DNA of 64,000 nucleotides from a gamma proteobacterium SCGC AAA168-P09 (GTDB lineage: Bacteria; Pseudomonadota; Gammaproteobacteria; Magnimaribacterales; D2472). Below the pieces are notes generated by a model. That model was not told the origin of the DNA. It saw only the letters and a list, made by a program, of their open reading frames with translations, and did no database searches. Below, piece after piece: positions 28,571-38,262 of the stretch. The stretch's first letter is position 1. Each line of letters starts with the position of its first letter. The stretch covers positions 292,934 through 356,933 of the forward strand of contig ARRL01000001.1 of the NCBI GenBank assembly GCA_000385055.1, given 5' to 3'. The position numbers and the translations under genes were made by a program.

Positions 28571-30064
28571 ATGAAATTCTCCATAAATCCATTAACACAA
28601 CAAAAGTACAATATCCCAGAAACCCTCGACGATTCCAAAAACATTGAGAACTTCATTTGTGCCCACGAAGGAAAGAAGGTCATCGTAGTTCAGGGTTTGG
28701 GCTTTGTAGGTGCAGTTATGTCGTTAGTTTGTGCTAATGCGTTAACAGATGAATATGCTGTTATTGGAGTTGATCTTGCTAATGAAAATACCTATTGGAA
28801 AATTAAATCAATCAATGATGGAATTTTTCCCCTTACTGCAGATGACCCCAAAATAGATAAGTTTTTCGAAAACACAAAAGAGAATGGAAACTTTTTAGCG
28901 ACCTATGATCCAAAAGCGTTTCAATACGCAGATGTAATAATCGTAGATATTAATTTAGATGTTAAAAAACAGTCTAATGAAAACGGTGAACTAAAGAGTT
29001 TTGATGTTAATTTAAGCAATTTTAAAGTGGCCATTCAATCTATCGGTAGGAATTGTCAAGATAATGTACTTATTTTGGTTGAGACTACGGTTCCACCTGG
29101 AACTTGTGATCAAGTTGTTAGGCCAATAATTGAAGAAGAGTTAGTTAAACGAGGTTTTTCTACTAATAAATATCGACTTGGGCATTCGTATGAGAGAGTT
29201 ATGCCGGGTCCTAATTACATCGACTCGATTCGTGAGTTTCCCCGAGTGTATGCAGGCATCAATGAGGCTAGCTCCAATGCAGTTGAAGAGTTTTTAAAGA
29301 CAATTATAGACACATCCAAATGCAAGCTAACAAGGCTTGAGCATACTAATGCTACAGAGATGGCCAAGGTTCTTGAGAATTCGTACCGAGCTATGAATAT
29401 CGCATTTGCAGTGGAGTGGTCGAGATTTGCTGAGGAGGCTGGCGTCGATTTATATGCAATGGTTAAGGCTATTAGGGCTCGGCCAACGCATGCTAATTTG
29501 ATGTTACCAGGTATTGGTGTTGGTGGTTATTGCTTAACAAAGGATCCTTTGCTTGCAAGCTGGGCACGTAAATCTCACTTTGGATCTATGTCAGATCTTG
29601 AAATGAGCATTAAAGGTGTATCAGTTAATGATCAAATGCCGAAGTTTGCTTTTAGCCGACTTAAACAAGTGTTCGGTGATATCAGTGATAAAAAGGTTGT
29701 TTTTCTAGGTGTGTCATATCGAGGAGATGTTGGCGATACGCGTTTTTCTCCAGCTGAACCGTTAGTAGAAATGGTTCGAGAGACTGGAGCAAAAGTAGCA
29801 TTACATGATCCATTTGTTTCATATTGGGAAGAGCAGAAGTGTAACGTTGAGTCCGATTTAAACGCCGTGCTTGATTCAACTACCAATCTAATAGTTGTAT
29901 CTGCTGGTCATAGTCAATACAAGCTAGAATCAACGATTGAAAAATTGTTGGAATTAAATCCGGCGTTAATTTTCGATACTATTGGCTTATTCGATAAAGA
30001 GCAGTTATCGATTTTACAAAGCAAACACAAAGTATCCGTGCTAGGACGTGGTGATTTAAAGTAA
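28571..30064 (+). CDS. nucleotide-sugar dehydrogenase family protein
   Basis: QGLGFVG, ETTVPPGT, SYERVMPG, EMAKVLENSYRA, GVGGYCL.KD, GVSYRGDVGDTR. Confidence 0.88.
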   Translation: MKFSINPLTQQKYNIPETLDDSKNIENFICAHEGKKVIVVQGLGFVGAVMSLVCANALTDEYAVIGVDLANENTYWKIKSINDGIFPLTADDPKIDKFFENTKENGNFLATYDPKAFQYADVIIVDINLDVKKQSNENGELKSFDVNLSNFKVAIQSIGRNCQDNVLILVETTVPPGTCDQVVRPIIEEELVKRGFSTNKYRLGHSYERVMPGPNYIDSIREFPRVYAGINEASSNAVEEFLKTIIDTSKCKLTRLEHTNATEMAKVLENSYRAMNIAFAVEWSRFAEEAGVDLYAMVKAIRARPTHANLMLPGIGVGGYCLTKDPLLASWARKSHFGSMSDLEMSIKGVSVNDQMPKFAFSRLKQVFGDISDKKVVFLGVSYRGDVGDTRFSPAEPLVEMVRETGAKVALHDPFVSYWEEQKCNVESDLNAVLDSTTNLIVVSAGHSQYKLESTIEKLLELNPALIFDTIGLFDKEQLSILQSKHKVSVLGRGDLK

Positions 30065-30080
30065 TTGTTTAGGGGAAAGA

Positions 30081-31124
30081 ATGAAGGAAGTATTAGTATT
30101 AGGCGGTGGAGGATTTATTGGTAGAAATATTGTTGAGTTTCTCGTGAATAGGGAAGATTGCAATGTTACTGCAGCTGATATTAAGGAAGGTTCTAATTGG
30201 CATGAAATATCTAAGGATGAAAGTAGACGTGATCGTTTCAAAGCTGTGTTAGCAGATTTCACTGATATTTCTGCTTTTGATAACTTAAATCAAAGTTTTG
30301 ATGAGATTTATATGTTGGCTGCTGTTGTAGGCGTCAACCGTACGTTAAAATTTCCTCAAGATGTCATCAGAATAAATACGCTTTTAACGATGAATACTCT
30401 GGATTGGATATCTCGAAATCCTATTAAAAGATTATTATTTTCTTCATCCAGTGAAAACTATGCTGGTACGTCAGATTTATTTAACATAGAGATTCCTACC
30501 TCGGAGAATGTACCTTTATGTATTGGAGATATAAAGCACCCTCGTTGGACCTATGCCATGACAAAAATGCATGGTGAATCCGCTTTTATTCATTCAGCTG
30601 AGGCATATGATTACGAATGCACCATTGTCAGGTATCAGAATATCATTGGCCCAGAAATGGGCTTTGGTCATGCGATTCCACACATTGTTGAGCGCTTCGT
30701 TAAGGGTGAAAAGTCCCCATTTAAAATTTATGGCCATGATCAAACACGAGCATTTTGTTATATAGATGATGCCGTTATGGGCACAGTAGGAGCTATGGAG
30801 AGTGATAGGGCGGTGGGTGAAATTTATCATATAGGCAAGCAAGACGAAATTAATATGGAAACTCTAACTACCTACATAGGCGACCTAATGGGCTATAAAG
30901 AGGAGTATGAGGCAGCAATGACTTATCCGGGTTCGGTTGCAAGACGTTCTCCAAACATCGATAAAGCAAAGTCACACTTTGGTTATTCACCTAGCATTGA
31001 TTGGAAAAAAGCTGTTAGTTTGACTGCCGATTGGTATCGTGCCTTTTTTACCTCTGGTCAATCTCCAAAGTCGGGTGGTTTTGAAACTCCAGAAACTGTT
31101 TTAGCTAAGATAAAAAAGCAATGA
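30081..31124 (+). CDS. NAD-dependent epimerase/dehydratase
   Basis: GGGGFIG, YxxxK (YAMTK), QTRAFCYIDD. Confidence 0.9.
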   Translation: MKEVLVLGGGGFIGRNIVEFLVNREDCNVTAADIKEGSNWHEISKDESRRDRFKAVLADFTDISAFDNLNQSFDEIYMLAAVVGVNRTLKFPQDVIRINTLLTMNTLDWISRNPIKRLLFSSSSENYAGTSDLFNIEIPTSENVPLCIGDIKHPRWTYAMTKMHGESAFIHSAEAYDYECTIVRYQNIIGPEMGFGHAIPHIVERFVKGEKSPFKIYGHDQTRAFCYIDDAVMGTVGAMESDRAVGEIYHIGKQDEINMETLTTYIGDLMGYKEEYEAAMTYPGSVARRSPNIDKAKSHFGYSPSIDWKKAVSLTADWYRAFFTSGQSPKSGGFETPETVLAKIKKQ

Positions 31125-31780
31125 AAAGAATTTTAGATATCTTGCTTAGTTTTTTGTCGTTAGTGGTTCTGACGCCATTCCTACTCCCAGTAGTAGTTAT
31201 TTTGAGATTTACGGGAGAAGGTGAGATTTTTTATATTCAGGAGCGAGTTGGTCGTGGGGGTAAGTCATTCGGTTTATATAAATTCGCGACAATGTTAAAA
31301 AATAGCCCAAACATAGGTGCGGGTGAGATAACAGTGCGAGAGGATCCTAGAGTACTTCCTTTCGGAAAGTTTCTAAGGAAAACAAAGCTAAATGAATTGC
31401 CTCAGTTGTGGAATATTTTTATTGGTGATATGAGTGTGGTTGGCCCCAGGCCTATGGTACTAAATACGTATGCTTATTATCCAGAGGAGGCGCGTGAGAA
31501 ATTAAATACGATTAGACCTGGATTGACTGGAATTGGATCCATTGTTTTTAGGGATGAAGAACGTTACTTGGCCGATCTTGATGAACCAATGGTATTTTAC
31601 AGGGAACACATCATCCCTTATAAAAGCGATTTAGAGATTTGGTTTGCTAAAAACAACACACTTTGGTTATACATTAAAATCATTTTTGTTACAGCTTGGG
31701 TAGTAATCTTTCCGTCAAGCACTATAGCTAATAAGGCATTTATTGGGATTCCTAAATTGCCAGAGAGTTTATTTAAATAA
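31121..31780 (+). CDS. bacterial sugar transferase (initiating polyprenyl-phosphate hexose-1-P transferase)
   Basis: KRILDI, YKFATM, GKFLRKTKLNELPQLWN..GDMS.VGPRP, RPGLTG. Confidence 0.92.
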   Translation: MKRILDILLSFLSLVVLTPFLLPVVVILRFTGEGEIFYIQERVGRGGKSFGLYKFATMLKNSPNIGAGEITVREDPRVLPFGKFLRKTKLNELPQLWNIFIGDMSVVGPRPMVLNTYAYYPEEAREKLNTIRPGLTGIGSIVFRDEERYLADLDEPMVFYREHIIPYKSDLEIWFAKNNTLWLYIKIIFVTAWVVIFPSSTIANKAFIGIPKLPESLFK

Positions 31781-31803
31781 TTGTTATATGGCAACATCCC
31801 CTC

Positions 31804-31836
31804 AATAAAAAAGCTATATTATGTAGCTTTTTTATT
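31804..31836. terminator. intrinsic (probably bidirectional) terminator hairpin
   Basis: Perfect 13-bp stem AATAAAAAAGCTA-tattatg-TAGCTTTTTTATT, mostly A/T, after the last glycan gene. Confidence 0.65.
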
Positions 31837-31896
31837 TATAGGCTTTGTTGATAAAAATTTAAATTAGTAATAAGGTAAGCTGCTTAAATTAATACA

Positions 31897-32493
31897 ATGA
31901 TTAAATTTAATAAATTAAACCAAGAAACACCTTATCAACTTTTTAAAGAGAAATATAATGAGGCTATTGATGCAGGTCAAAAAGGTATTGAGGCCATTTC
32001 AATTTCTTCCTACAACAAGCAGATAAGCGAGATTGATTCAAGATACGTGAATCTGAAATTTATTACAAATGATGAATTTATTTTTTTTAGTAATTACCAC
32101 TCTCCAAAAGCACTTTCTTTTAATTCTCATAACCAAATAGCCGCATTAGTATATTGGCCTAGTATTAATGTTCAGATTAGAATGAGGGCTAAAATAAAAA
32201 GAACAACCGATGAATTTAATCAAAAATATTTTTTTGATAGATCAGAAGAAAAAAATGCATTAGCTATTTCATCTAACCAATCAAAGCCAATAGATTCTTA
32301 TAGCCAAGTTAAAGAAAATTATAATAAATCTTTAAAAAATGATGACTTAAAAAAATGTCCAGAATTTTGGGGAGGTTATTCATTTACTCCATACTATTTT
32401 GAATTCTGGGAAGGACATGAATCAAGAATAAATAAAAGAGAAGCTTTTAATATGACTGATGGTGTCTGGAGGCGTTTATTTCTTCAGCCATAG
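31897..32493 (+). CDS. pdxH: pyridoxamine 5'-phosphate oxidase family protein
   Basis: SRYVNLK, F.FFSNY.S.K, Q.R..., ALA.SS.QS, PEFWGGY...P..FEFW.G..SR...R. Confidence 0.8.
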   Translation: MIKFNKLNQETPYQLFKEKYNEAIDAGQKGIEAISISSYNKQISEIDSRYVNLKFITNDEFIFFSNYHSPKALSFNSHNQIAALVYWPSINVQIRMRAKIKRTTDEFNQKYFFDRSEEKNALAISSNQSKPIDSYSQVKENYNKSLKNDDLKKCPEFWGGYSFTPYYFEFWEGHESRINKREAFNMTDGVWRRLFLQP

Positions 32494-32629
32494 ATATTGC
32501 CAAATATAATTTTTAGTATAAAATTCACGCTCATTATGTATAGATTAGACACACTAAAAAATAACCATTTATTACATCTTTAATGTTGTATATTTTATTT
32601 TCTTATAATTCCTAGGTACTCTCATAGCT

Positions 32630-33157
32630 TTGTCAAAGAAAAATATTACTCCTATTAATGAAAAAATAAGAGCGGAAGAAGTCATGCTTATTGGAGCTAA
32701 TGGCGAGAAGATGGGCATCCTGCCATTTAGCGAAGCTCTTAAGTCAGCGAGTTCAGCTTCATTGGATTTGGTGCAAGTCTCACCCTCTGATGCAAATCCT
32801 ATTGTTTGTAAACTTTTAGACTATGGTAAACATCTTTTTGATAAGAAGAAAAGTGTTTCATCAACAAAGGTTAAAGTTAAAAGAAATACTACAAAAGAAA
32901 TAAAATTTAGACCTACAACCGATGTTGGTGATTACAATATTAAATTAAAAAAGATTAAAAGCTTTATTCTTGACGGAGATAAGACTAAAATAAGCGTCCG
33001 TTTTAGAGGTAGAGAAATACTGAATAGTGATATGGGATTAGATCTTTTAAATAAATTGAGATTAGAGCTTGAAGAAATAGCTCAAGTTGACCAAGAGCCC
33101 TCCTTAGAGGGAAGACAATTACTAATGGTTTTATCGCCAATAAAAAGGAAAAGTTGA
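32630..33157 (+). CDS. infC: translation initiation factor IF-3 (start may be non-canonical ATA 32624)
   Basis: INEKIRAEEV, LDLVQV, CKLLDYGK, KEIKFRP, K.SVRFRGRE. Confidence 0.96.
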   Translation: MSKKNITPINEKIRAEEVMLIGANGEKMGILPFSEALKSASSASLDLVQVSPSDANPIVCKLLDYGKHLFDKKKSVSSTKVKVKRNTTKEIKFRPTTDVGDYNIKLKKIKSFILDGDKTKISVRFRGREILNSDMGLDLLNKLRLELEEIAQVDQEPSLEGRQLLMVLSPIKRKS

Positions 33158-33178
33158 ATATAAATTACAAGAGCCAAT

Positions 33179-33373
33179 ATGGGATATAAACTTAAAACAC
33201 ATTCAGGAGCTGCAAAGCGCTTTAAAAAGACAGGATCATCTGTGAAAAGCAAAAGTGCAAATAGAAATCATATTCTTACGAAGCAATCTACCAAAAGAAA
33301 AAGACATAATAGAGGTCTTAATAAGTTAACAGGAACTGTTCTTAAGATGGCTTCTGCATTAATTAGAAGGTAA
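33179..33373 (+). CDS. rpmI: 50S ribosomal protein L35
   Basis: [21 protein letters not shown]. Confidence 0.95.
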   Translation: MGYKLKTHSGAAKRFKKTGSSVKSKSANRNHILTKQSTKRKRHNRGLNKLTGTVLKMASALIRR

Positions 33374-33379
33374 TAAATC

Positions 33380-33727
33380 ATGCCAAGAGTAACAAAATCA
33401 GTCACAGCTAAAGCTAAACATAAGAAAGTATTAAGTGCTACTAAAGGCCATTACGGAGCTAGAAGCAGATTATTCAGAACTGCTAAACAATCTAATATCA
33501 AATCTCTTCAATATGCATTTAGGGATAGAAAAAATAGAAAAAGAGCTTTCAGATCATTGTGGATTTCTAGAATAAATGCTGCATCAAGAGCTATAGGTAT
33601 CTCATACTCTAAGTTAATTAATGGAATGACTACAAATAATATTATTATTGATAGAAAAATTCTTTCAGATATTGCAATTCATGATCCATCAACTTTTGAA
33701 AAGATAGTTCAATCTGCCAATAAGTAA
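33380..33727 (+). CDS. rplT: 50S ribosomal protein L20
   Basis: MPRV, YAFRDRKNRKRAFRSLWISRINAA, IDRKILSDIA. Confidence 0.97.
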   Translation: MPRVTKSVTAKAKHKKVLSATKGHYGARSRLFRTAKQSNIKSLQYAFRDRKNRKRAFRSLWISRINAASRAIGISYSKLINGMTTNNIIIDRKILSDIAIHDPSTFEKIVQSANK

Positions 33728-33739
33728 TAAAATTGTTAA

Positions 33740-34465
33740 ATGTCATCATTTAACGATATCCAGCCTCCCAAGTTAAGACAACAATTGGGTGCTATACACC
33801 CAATAAATCAAGTCAAAGATTTCCTCATTGATCTTCTTCAAGGTTATGGGTTTACCGCAGTTGATGGACCAGAAATAGAATCAGAAGAATTTAATTTTGA
33901 TATGCTCAACATCAAAAAAACACACCCAGCTAGGCAAATGCATGACACCTTTTATGTTAATAATAAAACTAAAGTCCTTAGAACACATACTTCACCTGTT
34001 CAAATTAGAAGCATGCTCGATTCAAAACCACCTTTAGCTATAACCTCTGCTGGAAAGGTTTTTAGGAAAGATGACGATGCAACACATTTACCAATGTTTC
34101 ATCAAGTTGAAGGTATATACGTTGATGAACAGGTAACTTTTTCCCAACTTAAAGACCTAATTCATAAAATTATTTATGCAATATTTGGTCAAGAGATACA
34201 AATTAGATTTAGGCCTTCATATTTTCCATTTACAGAACCCTCAGCAGAAGTTGACATCCTTTCAGAGAATGGCAAGTGGCTTGAGGTTTTAGGATGCGGC
34301 ATTGTTAACCCTGTTGTGCTTGAAAACTGCAACATAGATTCAACTAAGTTTAGCGGCCTTGCTTTTGGTTTAGGTGTAGAGAGAATAGCTATGTTGAAAT
34401 ACGGAGTTAATGACATAAGAGACTTTTACAAGTCTAATTTAGATTTTTTAAATCAATTTAAATGA
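33740..34465 (+). CDS. pheS: phenylalanine--tRNA ligase alpha subunit, N-terminally shortened (241 aa)
   Basis: HPARQMHDTF, LRTHTSPVQIR, FHQVEG, FRPSYFPFTEPS, GLAFGLGVER. Confidence 0.95.
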   Translation: MSSFNDIQPPKLRQQLGAIHPINQVKDFLIDLLQGYGFTAVDGPEIESEEFNFDMLNIKKTHPARQMHDTFYVNNKTKVLRTHTSPVQIRSMLDSKPPLAITSAGKVFRKDDDATHLPMFHQVEGIYVDEQVTFSQLKDLIHKIIYAIFGQEIQIRFRPSYFPFTEPSAEVDILSENGKWLEVLGCGIVNPVVLENCNIDSTKFSGLAFGLGVERIAMLKYGVNDIRDFYKSNLDFLNQFK

Positions 34466-36399
34466 AAGTTGCATATAAACACTTAATAAGCTGTATCCCA
34501 TCTAAACCAAGTATTGATGAGATCTCTGAGAGGTTCTTTCAGCTTGGACATGAGCATGAAATAGAAGATGAAATTTTTAATATGGAGCTCACTCCAAACA
34601 GAGGGGATTGTTTGTCTGCTCATGGTCTGGTTAGAGATCTGGCACCTTTTTATGAAATAGATTTATCTAGTGATATTTATGAAAAGGAATTAAAAAAATT
34701 AGATATAGGTTTTGTTAATCATGCTCCAGAAGCATGTTCCCATATCTCATTTTTGAAAATAGATATAGAAGGTGAAATAACCTCTTATGGTGGAAAACTT
34801 AAAGAATATTTCAAAGATTTAAATATTAATAAAAATAATTTTTTTACGGATATCTCTAACTATATTTCATATGAGATGGGCCAACCAACTCACTGCTATG
34901 ATGCAAAAAAAATTGGTAATTTGTTTTCATTAGAAATCATAGAAAAAGACAAAAAGTTTCATACTTTGCTTGAAAAAGAAATAGTTATAAAAGGCAGGAA
35001 CCTTGTATTTTTACAGGATGGAGAAGTAATTAATCTTGCTGGAGTTATGGGAGGTAAAAATACCTCATGCTCAACTAATACGAAATCAATTATTGTTGAA
35101 TGCGCTCATTTTAATCCTGAAGAAATTATAGGTAAATCTGTTAAATATGATATTAAGTCAGATTCTGCTCACAAATTTGAAAGGGGTGTCGACCCGCTTT
35201 GTCATGAAGAGGTTTTAAGAAGATTTATTAAGATTGTTTCCGATCATGCAAATATAAAAAATATAGAAATATATAAGGATACTTTTGTTGACTATACTCC
35301 TTTTAAAATACCCTTTGATGTTAATAAAATAAGTGATATTTTAGGTATTTCTAATGATAAAAAGGCTTTTAAAGAATATTTACTAAAGTTAGGTTTTGAG
35401 GTTCTAGATAATAAAATTATTGTACCCTCATATAGAAATGATATAAAAAATTTAAACGATATAGCTGAAGAGATTGCCAGAGTTATAGGGTATAACAATA
35501 TTCCAACCACATCTTTTAAAATGCCTCCTGCAAATACAGTTACAGATATCAAAATACTTGAACAAAATGTAAAAGATTTTTTAATAAAGAATGGTTTTTT
35601 TGAGGTAGTAAATAATCCGTTTGTAAGTGTTGAAGAAAATCATACTATTAAAGTAGATAATCCGCTTGATTCTAATAGACAATACATCAGGACAAATCTA
35701 GAAAGATCTCTTATAGAAAATCTTTTATATAACGAAAGGAGACAGCAAGATTCTATTAAATTATTTGAAATTTCTGATGTTTATTCTATCGATAGAAATT
35801 TAAAAAATAAAAAAGTTCTTGGAATCATATGTAGTGGGAGGGTTGGTAAAAATTATTTAGATTTCTCAAAAAAAATCAATATCAAATATATTAGAAATCT
35901 TATAAAAGAGTTATCTCCGACAATAAATATAAATCCTATAATCGTAGATAGAAAAAACCTAAATACAAAGTTAAATAACGAGATAATTTATCTTGAATTA
36001 GAACTCAATTCATTAAATGGTCTTATTCCAGACTTCATAAGTAATCAAAAAAGGCGTTCAAAAGATCATAATTTTATCAAATATATACCAGTTTCAGAAT
36101 TTCCATCCTCCTCAAGAGATCTATCTTTTTCAATAAAAAATATTGATAAATATTATGAAATTCAAGATTATCTTTTAGGTTATAAAAGCGATCTAATAAA
36201 AGAAGTATTTATATTTGATTTTTATAATAATCAAAAAAATGATGAAATTAAGATTGGCTTTAGATTTATCTTTCAATCTTATCAAGCGACCATAACAGAC
36301 AAAGAGGTTAATAATATTATGAAAGTTATAATGACACATACTAATTCCATTGAAGGCATAACCATACCCGGTATAAGCAAAGATTATTTTGAAGAATAA
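34462..36399 (+). CDS. pheT: phenylalanine--tRNA ligase beta subunit, lacking B2 domain (645 aa)
   Basis: ELTPNRGDCLS, NY...E.GQP.H.YD, LAGVMGG, FERGVD, PSYR.DI...DI.EEIARV.GY, C-terminal FP...RDLS. Confidence 0.93.
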   Translation: MKVAYKHLISCIPSKPSIDEISERFFQLGHEHEIEDEIFNMELTPNRGDCLSAHGLVRDLAPFYEIDLSSDIYEKELKKLDIGFVNHAPEACSHISFLKIDIEGEITSYGGKLKEYFKDLNINKNNFFTDISNYISYEMGQPTHCYDAKKIGNLFSLEIIEKDKKFHTLLEKEIVIKGRNLVFLQDGEVINLAGVMGGKNTSCSTNTKSIIVECAHFNPEEIIGKSVKYDIKSDSAHKFERGVDPLCHEEVLRRFIKIVSDHANIKNIEIYKDTFVDYTPFKIPFDVNKISDILGISNDKKAFKEYLLKLGFEVLDNKIIVPSYRNDIKNLNDIAEEIARVIGYNNIPTTSFKMPPANTVTDIKILEQNVKDFLIKNGFFEVVNNPFVSVEENHTIKVDNPLDSNRQYIRTNLERSLIENLLYNERRQQDSIKLFEISDVYSIDRNLKNKKVLGIICSGRVGKNYLDFSKKINIKYIRNLIKELSPTININPIIVDRKNLNTKLNNEIIYLELELNSLNGLIPDFISNQKRRSKDHNFIKYIPVSEFPSSSRDLSFSIKNIDKYYEIQDYLLGYKSDLIKEVFIFDFYNNQKNDEIKIGFRFIFQSYQATITDKEVNNIMKVIMTHTNSIEGITIPGISKDYFEE

Positions 36400-36431
36400 G
36401 ATTTTAATTAAATTATAGGTATAATAATAAG

Positions 36432-38255
36432 ATGAAAAATACATTGATTTTAATGTTCAGCTTTCTTTTAACGGCATCTCTTAATTCTCAAGAACTAGAC
36501 TCAAGTTTCTTAGATAGTTTACCGGAAGATATTCAAAAAGATCTAATGGAAAAGAACTCCAAACAAGGCCTCAATTCTCAAGAAAATTACAAACCTTATC
36601 TTTACTCATCTAAGTTAAGCCAAACTGAAGAACTAATCACCCTTAAAGAAAGGTTGGAATTAGATCTAAAAGAGCTTGAAAGAAGATTAAGTTTTGATAA
36701 TGACTTCACTGTTAATGATGGTTTAAAGCTTTATGGCAGTGACTTTTTTAACACATTTCAAACTTCCTTTATGCCTACAAATGAACCAAATCCTGATTCA
36801 GATTATTTCTTAGATACTGGTGATGTCATAAATATTCAATTAGTTGGTCAAAAGGATAAAATTAATGACCATATTGTTGGTGGGGATGGATCTATTTCTT
36901 TAGAAGATATTGGTAAAGTAATTATAGCTGGAATGTCTTTAGGCGAAGCCTCATCGTTTATAAAATCAAAAGTAAATTCTGCATACATTGGTACTGAAGT
37001 TTTTATAAGCTTAAGTGAAATTAGGGATGTAAATGTATTGATAACTGGTAATGCAAAAAATCCTGGCATTTACACTTTGACAGGTAATTCTAATATCCTA
37101 CATGCTATATCTGCTGCAGGGGGAATAAGTGAGTTTGGATCTTATAGAGAAATTAATCTTATTAGAAATGATAAGGTTGTTGAATCTTTAGATGTCTATA
37201 AGCTATTAATCAATGGTCAATATAATCTAAAAAAACGCCTAAGATCTGGTGACGTAATTTTTGTTGAGGCTAGAAAATCCATAGTTGCTATTGATGGTGC
37301 TGTTTATAGGCCAGCAAAATATGAAGTTCTTGATGGACAAAATCTTGATAGCGTTATTGAATTTGCTAATGGTATTAAACGAACCGCAGACCTACAAAAT
37401 GTTTCTCTTGAAAGAATTCTTGATGGAACTTTGAAGACTATACCTATAGTCAATAAATCACAGTTCAAAACCATTACCGCATTGGATGGCGATCTAGTCT
37501 ATATTAGAGAACATCCTTACAGAGAGGCAAAAATTTCTGGTGCAGTCCTCAAACCAGGAAGCTATACTATGGCACCAAATGAAAGTCTTAACGATCTTAT
37601 TCAAAAAGCCGGTGGATACACAAATAATGCATATTTGTTTGGTGCTGTTTATATTAATGAAGATGCAAAAGAAATTAATAAGAAAGCTAAGGATATTTTG
37701 TATCAAGAATTTTTAGATAATATAATTTCAGTAAGTCAACAGAATATTAGTGAAAATTTTGATTTGACCCCAATTGTTCAACTTACTAAGGAAATTAAAG
37801 ATAATCAGTCTAATGGTAGGGTTGTTATAGATTTGCAAGATCAAGAAACTTTAGATCTTTACTCTGTGAAGGAAAATGATAGTTTATATGTTCCTGAAAC
37901 TAATAATGTGGTTTATGTTTATGGTGAGACTTCCATTGAGGGAGCTGTTATGTTCTCTGAAAATCAGACTGCAGAATATTTTATAAAAAAATCAGGAGGA
38001 TATAAAAAATATGCTGACAAGGAATCTATATATGTTCTTCATCCAAACGGAGAATCACAATTATTTTCAAGCAAAAGAAATATTTTTGAAAGCTCTCCAC
38101 AAAGTTCAACAACTATATATCCTGGCTCAATTATCTTTGTTCCTAGAGAGCTTGATGAAGCAACACCCAGAAGATTGGCAGCACAAGCTTATGTGTCTAT
38201 TCTTGGTAATTTAGGAATTGCTTTAGCATCTTTATCATCTATAAATAATAATTAG
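36432..38255 (+). CDS. SLBB-domain polysaccharide export protein (Wza/GfcE-like)
   Basis: Signal peptide, YG.DFF, L..GD.I.IQL.G, repeated G.V..PG/PA beta-grasp units, GS.IFVP. Confidence 0.82.
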   Translation: MKNTLILMFSFLLTASLNSQELDSSFLDSLPEDIQKDLMEKNSKQGLNSQENYKPYLYSSKLSQTEELITLKERLELDLKELERRLSFDNDFTVNDGLKLYGSDFFNTFQTSFMPTNEPNPDSDYFLDTGDVINIQLVGQKDKINDHIVGGDGSISLEDIGKVIIAGMSLGEASSFIKSKVNSAYIGTEVFISLSEIRDVNVLITGNAKNPGIYTLTGNSNILHAISAAGGISEFGSYREINLIRNDKVVESLDVYKLLINGQYNLKKRLRSGDVIFVEARKSIVAIDGAVYRPAKYEVLDGQNLDSVIEFANGIKRTADLQNVSLERILDGTLKTIPIVNKSQFKTITALDGDLVYIREHPYREAKISGAVLKPGSYTMAPNESLNDLIQKAGGYTNNAYLFGAVYINEDAKEINKKAKDILYQEFLDNIISVSQQNISENFDLTPIVQLTKEIKDNQSNGRVVIDLQDQETLDLYSVKENDSLYVPETNNVVYVYGETSIEGAVMFSENQTAEYFIKKSGGYKKYADKESIYVLHPNGESQLFSSKRNIFESSPQSSTTIYPGSIIFVPRELDEATPRRLAAQAYVSILGNLGIALASLSSINNN

Positions 38256-38262
38256 AATAAAG

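Noticed and set aside
13241-32629. tRNA-derived attL/attR repeats bounding the glycan island
   Set aside because: I found no second copy of the tRNA-Cys or tRNA-Leu 3' ends and no integrase, so it is not called as an integrative element.
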